The notes beneath the pieces were generated by a model. The model was not told the DNA's origin. It did no database searches and was given only the letters and a program-made list of their open reading frames with translations. From NCBI GenBank assembly GCA_040902005.1, contig JBBDYA010000097.1:1-18560 (forward strand): a stretch of DNA of 18,560 bases, written 5' to 3'. This document shows positions 7,880-15,414 of this stretch, piece after piece. Both the position numbers and the translations under genes were made by a program. How positions within the stretch are numbered: position 1 is the first letter of the stretch; each line of letters opens with the position of its first letter. Source of the DNA: Gemmatimonadaceae bacterium. GTDB lineage: Bacteria; Gemmatimonadota; Gemmatimonadetes; Gemmatimonadales; Gemmatimonadaceae.

Positions 7880-7953
7880 GGAGGCGCTCCGAGTTGCGGG
7901 TGCCTCCCACAGTAAGAGTACCGATCAGGATGACCGACATCAATTCATTGCAG
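7541..7953. repeat. Direct repeat copy B; partner 3405-3784
   Basis: Direct alignment by eye; same end points (CTAG ... TTGCAG). Confidence 0.95.
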
Positions 7954-7970
7954 CCCGTGCCGTTCGCATG

Positions 7971-9503
7971 TCAGACGAGCCGCAGCGGCGGGTACTCGCG
8001 ACTGTCGGACGCGCCGGCCAGCTCGCGCAGGCGCTCGAGCAGCCGCACCATCGCCCACGTGTCGCGTTCGCAGTAGTCCAGCAGGTCCTGCCGCACACGC
8101 GCCCGCTCCTCGGCCGGGATCTTCTGCGCCACGAACAGCAGGCGGGCAATCTCCACGCTCGCAGCCATGCCGTCCACGATCACCAGGTCGCTGTACGTCA
8201 GCTCCGGCACCAGCGGCGTGAGCACGTACTTGAGGCTGAAGCTCCCGCGGAACTCGGGATGGTACACGTGCTCCCGCAGCACCGGCAGCAGGTCGATCAG
8301 CTTTTCCTCGAGCGCCAGCAATTCCGCGCGCAGCTCGGGAACGCTCTGCTGCAATCCGCGGATGCGCGTTTTCTCGAATGACGAGTAGGTGACCACGCGC
8401 TCTGCGCCGAGTGTGGCCTCGATCATCGCCCTGGCCAGCGCCGGCCGGGCGTCCTGCGATCCGTCGGCGAGAAACTCTTCATGCAGGTACCGTGCGCTGC
8501 CGGCACCGGGGGTGCCGTTCGCGTCGTCCGTGACTTCATGATAGGAAAACTGCGCCGCCGCCATCTCCCACGGAGCCATCCCCGGCCACACCGGCACCGC
8601 GCGCGAGATGGTCTCGAAATCCAGGAAGCCGAGCTTCACGTCGAACGCCGCCAGCGCCTCCGACAGCCCGGGCTCCACCACCAGCTTCTTCTCCCGCATG
8701 GAGCGGATCTGACGCCTGGCGGTGGCAGATAGCTTCTTCTTGGGTGGAATGTCCGCGATGCGGTGAACTCCGGCGGTCATGTAATCGGCGCATTTCTGCT
8801 TGCCCACGCCATAGAGCTTGCCGATGTGGTCCGGCTCCTTCGGCCAGCACCGGTCCATGAAGGGACACGCATACGGCTCGTGGCAGTTGATGCCGATCGG
8901 CGCGTCGGGCAGGGGACCGGCCAGCACCGCCAACTGCGCCGCGATCTGGCCCGGGAGCATGGGCAGCATGGGACGCACCTGCTCGGTCACGTCGGTGCGC
9001 GCGAACAGCTCGCCCTGGTCCGGATGACGGAAGTCGCGGTTCAGGTGCATGATCTCCACGGCGCGCACGTCCAGGCCGCTGGCGGTGAGCACGTGCAGTT
9101 GCACGGCCGCGTCCAGCAGGTGCTCGTCCTTTTGCGACGACGCGGACTTCACCTCCACCATTCGCCACCCGTCTGGCCCCGAACCCCCTTCGCGCGCCAA
9201 CACGTCCACGGCGACGAACGTGTTGTCCGCCACGAAGCTGGCCTCGTAGACGGCCGGCGCGCCGCTCTCCATCGCCTCACGCGTGCGCTGGAGTCGCTCG
9301 GCGACCGCGCGGTGCGGCAGGTCGATGAGCACCCCGCCGGGAAAGTGAGTGCGTGCCAGGGCGCCTACCTGCGCTCCCTGGTCGAACCGGTCCTGGAGAA
9401 CCTTGTCCGGCTGAAGCTCCACGGCGTTGGGTTCGTGCGCCTTCCACCAGAGCAGGCGGTGGCACTGGGAGCCGGCGACGAAGCGGGATTTGGAGAGCTG
9501 CAC
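7971..9503 (-). CDS. DUF2779-type protein: Cas4/RecB-like nuclease + HhH + RNase H-like exonuclease domain
   Basis: GTG start VQLSKSRFVAGSQCHRLLW; AVDVL...VEVKS (PD-(D/E)XK); CHEPYACPFMDRCW cysteine cluster; FLDFET, YSSFEK, SFSLKYVL and YCERDT. Confidence 0.85.
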   Translation of the reverse strand: MQLSKSRFVAGSQCHRLLWWKAHEPNAVELQPDKVLQDRFDQGAQVGALARTHFPGGVLIDLPHRAVAERLQRTREAMESGAPAVYEASFVADNTFVAVDVLAREGGSGPDGWRMVEVKSASSQKDEHLLDAAVQLHVLTASGLDVRAVEIMHLNRDFRHPDQGELFARTDVTEQVRPMLPMLPGQIAAQLAVLAGPLPDAPIGINCHEPYACPFMDRCWPKEPDHIGKLYGVGKQKCADYMTAGVHRIADIPPKKKLSATARRQIRSMREKKLVVEPGLSEALAAFDVKLGFLDFETISRAVPVWPGMAPWEMAAAQFSYHEVTDDANGTPGAGSARYLHEEFLADGSQDARPALARAMIEATLGAERVVTYSSFEKTRIRGLQQSVPELRAELLALEEKLIDLLPVLREHVYHPEFRGSFSLKYVLTPLVPELTYSDLVIVDGMAASVEIARLLFVAQKIPAEERARVRQDLLDYCERDTWAMVRLLERLRELAGASDSREYPPLRLV

Positions 9504-9545
9504 GTCACCAATGTGCGAGTCTGCGTAAGGGGGGCGCAACGGGAC

Positions 9546-9672
9546 GGTTCTGCGCGGCGGTCGGTTCTCGGCGCCAAAGCGTTCTCGGCCCGCCGCTGCG
9601 CGGCGGTCGGTTCTCGGCGCGCCTTCGGCGCGGTCGGCGGGCAACTGCGGGTTCTCGGCGCGGTCGGCGAGC
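9546..9672. repeat. Cluster of GTTCTCGGC / GCGGTCGG repeat units
   Basis: 25-bp exact direct repeat at 9550-9574 and 9596-9620. GTTCTCGGC occurs at 9564, 9581, 9610 and 9651. 9610-9650 matches 10273-10313 with 2 mismatches. Confidence 0.8.
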
Positions 9673-9679
9673 GGCCGCG

Positions 9680-10033
9680 TCAGCCGCCGCCGCACCCGGC
9701 GCAGTTGGCGGACTCCGGCAGCACGAGCAGCCGGCCGTAGGGAATGGTGTTGCCGCAGCGCGCGCAGCGCCCGTAGGTGCCGTGCTCCATGCGCTCGATG
9801 GCGTGGATCAGCGCGGCGTAGCGGACCTGGTCGCGCCCATACGCGCTGGCGGACATCAGCTGGTTCTGGATCGCGTCGATGCGCGAGACGCGTCCCACCG
9901 CGCCCTGGTCCAGCGTCACGGGCTGGCTCGCGTCCTTCGTGCCTTTCATCGCCTTCGTCAGGCGGGCGAGCTCGCGGTCGAGCTCGGCGCGCAGTTCGTC
10001 CAGCTGTGCCTGCGTCAGTCCGTCTGATGCCAT
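9680..10033 (-). CDS. TraR/DksA family C4 zinc-finger protein
   Basis: LDQGAVGRVSRIDAIQNQ...GTYGRCARCGNTIPYGRLLVLPESANCAGC. Confidence 0.9.
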   Translation of the reverse strand: MASDGLTQAQLDELRAELDRELARLTKAMKGTKDASQPVTLDQGAVGRVSRIDAIQNQLMSASAYGRDQVRYAALIHAIERMEHGTYGRCARCGNTIPYGRLLVLPESANCAGCGGG

Positions 10034-10054
10034 GCGCGGCGTGCTGCCTCGACG

Positions 10055-10225
10055 CTACTGCTGCGGCTCGTCGGTCTCCGTCGCTTGATCGAAGCCCTCG
10101 GCCGGCTCATCCGGAAGACCGGCATCCTTGCGGCGCTGGCGCTCCTCGCGCTTGGCCGCCTTCTTCTTCTGCCGCTCCTGCTCCTTGCGGCGCTTCTCGA
10201 AATCGTAGTTTGGTTTTCTCGCCAT
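10055..10225 (-). CDS. Small basic coiled-coil protein (56 aa), absent from ORF track
   Basis: Manual translation MARKPNYDFEKRRKEQERQKKKAAKREERQRRKDAGLPDEPAEGFDQATETDEPQQ*. GC-ending codons; co-oriented with neighbours. Confidence 0.75.
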   Translation of the reverse strand: MARKPNYDFEKRRKEQERQKKKAAKREERQRRKDAGLPDEPAEGFDQATETDEPQQ

Positions 10226-10272
10226 GTCCTAATTAACACGATTGCGGGCGTGGGCGCTAACGGCGCCTAACC

Positions 10273-10313
10273 GTTCTCGGCGCGCCTTCGGCGCGGTCGG
10301 CGAGCAACTTCGG
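10273..10313. repeat. Single REP-like unit with CGCGCC-TTC-GGCGCG hairpin
   Basis: Copy of 9610-9650, directly after the stop of the 10316-11458 gene. Confidence 0.8.
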
Positions 10314-10315
10314 TG

Positions 10316-11458
10316 TCAGTGACAGCGGCTCACGATCGCAAGCGCGTTGCCAACGGGCCGCTCGCCGGCGGTGTCGGACGGCCTGTTCACCAGCCGCAGG
10401 GCGCCACCAGCAGCTGGGTCGGCAAGGACCATCGCCGAGGAACCGCCGCCATCGAGGTTGAGCGCGTCTCGAGCGCCCAGGGCGAGCATCACGTCTGCCA
10501 GCTCGCGCAGCGTCATGCCGTCACTGTGCGGTGCCTGCCGGCCGTCCACCACCACGAGTAGCAGGCGCGTGCCTTTGCGTCCGATGCCCACCGCGGTGCG
10601 CGGGTGCCGGACGTTGGACGCGGGCGCGGTCACCACGCTGTCGCGCACGAGCACGGGGCGCCCGCCCACCGCTTCCATGGGGTGGGGCGCGAGCGAGACG
10701 CGCGCGTCGACCAGCGCGCCCACTCGCAGCGATGTCGCGGCAAAGCGCATCGATTCACCCACCAGTCCGCTGGCGATGATGACGCTGCCGCCGTCCGGGA
10801 TGTCCACGCCCGTTCGCGCGGTGTCCACCTGCACCAGGCGGCGGTCGCGGTCGAGGACCAGTTCCAGTGTGCCGGACGCAGTGTCCGTCGCGCCGCCCCA
10901 GTTCGCGTCGACGAGGGACACGCTGTCGGGCGCGCGCCGGTTCCATGCGTCGATCGGGAATGCGCGCGCCCCCAGCGCTACGGTTCCCGTCACCCGCAGT
11001 GTGGTGATGCGGGGAACACCCGCCGAGTCGAAGGCGATCACCGGGTGCGCGTTTGGACCGGAAAGAAGGCGCCCGCCCGAGACATGCGCGTTGGTGGGCA
11101 GTCCTGGCGGCGTGAAGAAGAAGAAGTCCGCATTGACGCCGCCCACTACGTCAAACGAGCTGTCGAGTCGCGCGAGCAGCGCCGACGTGGTCGCGCGACC
11201 CACGGCGCCCTTCGCGCCCTTGACCGCGACCGCCGAGTAGCAGGCGCTGCGATCCACGTCCAGCACGTGGATTGCCCACGGCCCCGACGCCGAACGGATG
11301 TACCAGTAGGTAACACCCCGCCGAACCTGCTCGGCCAGGAGGGTCTCCGTGGCGAATGGGAGGGCGGGGGGAACGGGGTTGAACCGCGCTCCGCTCGTCG
11401 CCGTCGCACAGGCGCCGGCGCTGGCCAGGAGGAAAACGAAAACGGGGCGGGGCGTCAT
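10316..11458 (-). CDS. Phosphodiester glycosidase (NAGPA/DUF2233) family, probable lipoprotein
   Basis: GGVNADFF, RHPRTAVG, VVVDGRQ, ALNLDGGGSS and ERPVGNAL motifs; lipobox-like AGAC after a hydrophobic leader. Confidence 0.92.
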   Translation of the reverse strand: MTPRPVFVFLLASAGACATATSGARFNPVPPALPFATETLLAEQVRRGVTYWYIRSASGPWAIHVLDVDRSACYSAVAVKGAKGAVGRATTSALLARLDSSFDVVGGVNADFFFFTPPGLPTNAHVSGGRLLSGPNAHPVIAFDSAGVPRITTLRVTGTVALGARAFPIDAWNRRAPDSVSLVDANWGGATDTASGTLELVLDRDRRLVQVDTARTGVDIPDGGSVIIASGLVGESMRFAATSLRVGALVDARVSLAPHPMEAVGGRPVLVRDSVVTAPASNVRHPRTAVGIGRKGTRLLLVVVDGRQAPHSDGMTLRELADVMLALGARDALNLDGGGSSAMVLADPAAGGALRLVNRPSDTAGERPVGNALAIVSRCH

Positions 11459-13497
11459 GACGACAGCAGGGTTCGCGTCTCCGCCGCGCCCTCGATCCGG
11501 TAATCCACCTCGCGGCAGATGGCCTCGATGCGCGTGGTGAATTGGGTTGACGCGCCCTGTTCCAGGTGCCCCGCCGCGCGCAGCTGCGTGAGCTGGAGCG
11601 CCAGCGTGCGTAGCTGCTCATACAGGTGCGCGCGCCGGGCACTCAGGTTTTCCTGCTGCGCGCCAAGGTCCCGGAAGAGCGCGAGTTGCTGGTCGAGCAG
11701 CGCGCGCATCTGCGCCTTGGCCACGCTCTCCTGTGGTCCGGCGGCGCCAAGGGCGTCGAGGCTGGACTGGATGCGCTCGCGTTCCCGCGGGTCGAGCTCA
11801 CGAGCCAGCGGACCGAGCCCTTCGTCGGCGTGCGCGATGGCGGCGCAGATGGCGGCGGCCGCCAGCCCGGCGTCCCTGAAGAGCGTGGCGTGTGGTGATG
11901 TCTCTTCCTCGCGCGCAAGGGTCTCGACCTCGCGCAGCAGGTCGGCGGGGGCTCGGGGGGGGGGCGTTGGCTCAGGCGCGCGCGCCCCCCCCCCTGCTGG
12001 CTGGAGCAGCGCCGCGATGTGTGGACGCGACCAGAACGTGCTGCCCGCGGTGGGCTCCCGCAGAATGCGGGCGTGGTCACTCTTCGAGATGTCCGCGCGC
12101 TTCACCCACTGTCGCAGGCGCCACATGCGCATGCCGAGGAGCGTGTAGAGCAGCGCCACGGTGCCGAAAACGACCGCCCTGGTGAAGCCGCTGTCATGGA
12201 ACGCCGGATGCGCGACGATGAAGCGCTCGCGCATCGTGAACAGCATGTAGTTCGGAAAGGTGATGAGCACCGGGATCATCAGGACGTTCAGCGACCGGAC
12301 ATATCTGATCTCACGGGGCATTCGGTCCCACACGTCGCCGGGCCGCCGCAACGATCGCGGCCACCAGCTGCGCCACCAGGACGGCTGGCGAAACAGCGAC
12401 TGCCACACGGGGCCCCATCCGAACCGGCGCGCGGCGGGGATCGCGTTCAGCGCCGCCAGGAATGGGAGTGTACCGGCGCCGACTGCCACGCCAACGATCT
12501 CCGAACGGGTCAGGAATCCGTACACACCACCAAGAAAAACAAACTCCAGCAACCCGGCCGTGATGAGGCATAGATTGACGCCCATACCGGCGATCTCGCG
12601 CAGCGCGTCGGGTGTGGACTCCTCGCTTTCGGGGGAGAGGGCCTCGCGCATGGCGCCGGCGTTCGGCCACCGCTCCGCGGGCTCTTTCGCGAGGGCGCGC
12701 GTGATGACGGTGACGAGGTCGAGGGGAAGCGATGGTATGATCTGCGTGGGGGGAATGGGGGCGCGCGTGGCGTGCTGCACCAGCACCTCGCGCAGCGCGC
12801 TTCCCTCGAACGGCAGCCGCCCGGTGGCCATGCGGTACGCCATCACGCCCAGCGAGTAGATGTCGCTCCGGCCGTCGATGTCCCGATCGCCGCTCCCCTG
12901 TTCCGGGGACATGTAGTGCGGGGTCCCAACGATTACGCCGGTTTGCGTCAGTGTCTCGAGCCCGGCGCGCTGTTTGGCAACGCCAAAGTCGGTGAGCATC
13001 GCCCGGCCCGACGCGCGGTCCAGCAGCACGTTGTCCGGCTTGATGTCGCGATGTACCACGCCCAGCGAGTGCGCATACTCCAACGCACTCGCCAGCTCGA
13101 TCGTGATGCGGCGCGTCTCATCCGGGGGCAGGCGTCCCTCGCGTCTGAGCCGCGTCTCGAGCGTCTCCCCGTCGATGAACCCCATCACATAGTAGAGCAG
13201 GTCATCCGCCTGCCCGAACGTGTACAGGGGGACGATGTTGGGGTGGGAGAGCCGGGCCGCCGTGCGCGCTTCGCGGAGGAAGCGCTCACGCGCGTCGCCG
13301 CCTGCCACCTCTCCCGGCAACACCTTCACCGCCACGTCGCGCTCGAGGAAACTCTCGCGCGCCAGGTACACGACGCCCATCCCACCGCGGCCCAGGATGC
13401 GAACGACGTCGTATTGCGCGCCCAGCGCGCGCGCCAGCGCGGCGGCGGTCGGGTCGTCAGCGCTCAACGAAGGGGAGGTGGAATCCTTCGACCGCAC
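11455..13497 (-). CDS. Hanks-type Ser/Thr kinase with multi-TM middle region and helical C-terminal domain
   Basis: LGRGGMG, VAVKVL, HRDIKPDN, DFG and GTPHYMSPEQ motifs; about 4 hydrophobic segments. Stop overlaps the downstream ATG. Confidence 0.92.
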   Translation of the reverse strand: MRSKDSTSPSLSADDPTAAALARALGAQYDVVRILGRGGMGVVYLARESFLERDVAVKVLPGEVAGGDARERFLREARTAARLSHPNIVPLYTFGQADDLLYYVMGFIDGETLETRLRREGRLPPDETRRITIELASALEYAHSLGVVHRDIKPDNVLLDRASGRAMLTDFGVAKQRAGLETLTQTGVIVGTPHYMSPEQGSGDRDIDGRSDIYSLGVMAYRMATGRLPFEGSALREVLVQHATRAPIPPTQIIPSLPLDLVTVITRALAKEPAERWPNAGAMREALSPESEESTPDALREIAGMGVNLCLITAGLLEFVFLGGVYGFLTRSEIVGVAVGAGTLPFLAALNAIPAARRFGWGPVWQSLFRQPSWWRSWWPRSLRRPGDVWDRMPREIRYVRSLNVLMIPVLITFPNYMLFTMRERFIVAHPAFHDSGFTRAVVFGTVALLYTLLGMRMWRLRQWVKRADISKSDHARILREPTAGSTFWSRPHIAALLQPAGGGARAPEPTPPPRAPADLLREVETLAREEETSPHATLFRDAGLAAAAICAAIAHADEGLGPLARELDPRERERIQSSLDALGAAGPQESVAKAQMRALLDQQLALFRDLGAQQENLSARRAHLYEQLRTLALQLTQLRAAGHLEQGASTQFTTRIEAICREVDYRIEGAAETRTLLSS

Positions 13498-13519
13498 GAT
13501 GGTCCGCTCTGGGCGGCGA

Positions 13520-14428
13520 TCAGGGGGCTCTGGGCGTCATTCCGAGCTTCTCGCGCGCGAACGGCCGCGAGTACGACGCGGGCGGATTGTGTCCGTCGGA
13601 CAGCTCGTACGCGCGCGCGTACATCTCCCGCGCCTGCGCCGCGCGCCCCTGCCGTTCGTACGTCATGCCCAGCAGCACGTGCACGAACGGATCGCCGTCG
13701 TTGCCGCGCATGCCGAGCGATTCCTTGAAGCGGGCCTCCGCGGTGGCGAGATCGCCGACGTACAGAGCCACGTAACCCACGAGATACGGAAAGAAGCGCT
13801 CCTGCGGTCCGGCCATCGCGGTATCGGTGGCCAGCGCATGACGCGCGAGCGTCATCTGGCGCAGCGCCTCGTCGGCGTCGCCGCGGCGCGCCGCGATGCG
13901 CGCGCTGGCGTGCGCCAGGCGAAAGTCCCAGAGACTCTTCGGGTGCGTCTTCGGCTCCGGCTCCCGGAGCCCCAGCTCGGACCCCAACCGGTAGTACTTC
14001 TCGGCGCTGTCGAGCGCGCCGGCGTCGATACAGATGCGGGCGCCCTCGTTCGCCATCTCGCCCTGCTGGTAGAAGGCGTTCTGCGGCTCCTCGGTTTCCC
14101 GCGTCTTCCAGTAGTCGATGACCATCAGCTCGTAGCGCATCGCCTCGCCGCAGTTGCGATCGAAGCCGAAGGAGCGAGCCATGGCGCGCCGGGCTGCCGC
14201 GGTGTCGCGCGCGGTGGTGGCCGAGTTGATCAGGCGCTGGAAGAGGGCGCGCGATTCGGCATGCCGGCCTTCGACATCGAGGCCAACGGCCTCACGCATC
14301 AGCACCTGCCGGGGGTTCGGCGGGCGCTGCTGCTGCTGGGCGCCAAGCGGCACGGCCGCGAGCGCGAGGACGAGTATCGCCGCGGCGGCAGTGCCGGGGC
14401 GCCAGGAGGATCTGGAGGTAGCGGTCAT
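13520..14428 (-). CDS. Secreted TPR-like protein
   Basis: Signal peptide (AAILVLALAAVPLGA-QQQQ) and TPR-like helices (LLGMTYERQGRAAQAREMYARAYEL). Start taken at MTATS. Confidence 0.8.
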   Translation of the reverse strand: MTATSRSSWRPGTAAAAILVLALAAVPLGAQQQQRPPNPRQVLMREAVGLDVEGRHAESRALFQRLINSATTARDTAAARRAMARSFGFDRNCGEAMRYELMVIDYWKTRETEEPQNAFYQQGEMANEGARICIDAGALDSAEKYYRLGSELGLREPEPKTHPKSLWDFRLAHASARIAARRGDADEALRQMTLARHALATDTAMAGPQERFFPYLVGYVALYVGDLATAEARFKESLGMRGNDGDPFVHVLLGMTYERQGRAAQAREMYARAYELSDGHNPPASYSRPFAREKLGMTPRAP

Positions 14429-14517
14429 GTGGTAGAAGTACGAAAAATCCGGTCGATCCGCCACCCCGCGCGCTCGAATGATGGTGGGCGGGCGCTGCTG
14501 CCGTGCTATCGTTGGTC

Positions 14518-15201
14518 ATGGTTCGCGCATCGGCACAATCGCCCCCCCCCGAGGAGATCATCGCCACGATCGGCGAGCGCATCGCGCAAGGATGCGCGCC
14601 GCTCCGCGTGATTCTCATCGGCAGCCACGCCCGTGGAGACGCGCGTCCAGACAGCGACTACGACGTTGTCGTCGAGTTCAACGCTGAACCCGGGCGAGCG
14701 ATCGAGCTGGGACGCGAGCTGCACGCGCTATTCCCCGAGCGGTGGCCGGTGAACGTGATTGCGCGGGGCAGGGGCGAGATCGAGCAGGGCGCGAATGATC
14801 CCGGGATGATCGACTGGGACATCGTGCGTCAGGGGAAAGTGCTGTACTCGGCACCAGGCGCGTACGAGCTGCCCGTGCCGTTGACGCCACGAGTGTACGA
14901 ACGTCCGGAGACGCCGCCGCTGTCAGTGGCGACGTGGCGCCTGCGCGCCTGGCGCGATCTGGACCACGCCCGGTTCTCGATGACGCACGGCGATGGGTGG
15001 GAGTACGCCTGCTTCAATGCTCAGCAGTCAGCGGAGCAGTACCTCAAGGCGCTGCGAGGCATGTCACCGGAGTGCGAGCTGTTGAACGCGTACGCCGTGG
15101 AGACTCGCTACGGGCCGGTGATGGCCAACGAAGCAGAGGCCGTGGCCGCCATCGCGGCCGCGGAACGGATCGCGGCGGCCGTGGAGCCGCTGCTGGCTTA
15201 G
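14518..15201 (+). CDS. MNT nucleotidyltransferase-HEPN fusion, HEPN part internally deleted (possible pseudogene)
   Basis: ILIGSHARGDARPDSDYDVVV (MNT). HEPN start W..RA..DL...ACFNAQQSAEQYLKAL and end LNAYAVETRY are present, but the intervening R/K-T-H-D-L region is absent. Confidence 0.82.
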   Translation: MVRASAQSPPPEEIIATIGERIAQGCAPLRVILIGSHARGDARPDSDYDVVVEFNAEPGRAIELGRELHALFPERWPVNVIARGRGEIEQGANDPGMIDWDIVRQGKVLYSAPGAYELPVPLTPRVYERPETPPLSVATWRLRAWRDLDHARFSMTHGDGWEYACFNAQQSAEQYLKALRGMSPECELLNAYAVETRYGPVMANEAEAVAAIAAAERIAAAVEPLLA

Positions 15202-15210
15202 AAGCGCGGC

Positions 15211-15373
15211 GTGTCCCCGGGTTGGGCGCGAGGTGTTCTGGCCGGCGCAAGCATAGTACCAATACTTGGACGACTACCACACCAGCCTTGCGTGTCCATT
15301 GAGCGCTTTTTCGTCCAAGTATTGGTACTATGCTTGCGCCGGCCAGAACACCTCGCGCCCAGCCCGGGGACAC
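15211..15373. repeat. Long inverted repeat, 63-bp arms, 37-nt loop (REPIN/MITE-like; possible bidirectional terminator role)
   Basis: 15211-15273 is the reverse complement of 15311-15373 with one mismatch. Lies between convergent genes. Confidence 0.92.
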
Positions 15374-15414
15374 ACTGTGCTTCCCACCGTCATTTTCTGA
15401 GCTTACCCAGGCGC

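Noticed and set aside
9504..9695. N-terminal extension of the DUF2779 ORF
   Set aside because: Translation of the repeat cluster; family-like sequence starts at GTG 9503.
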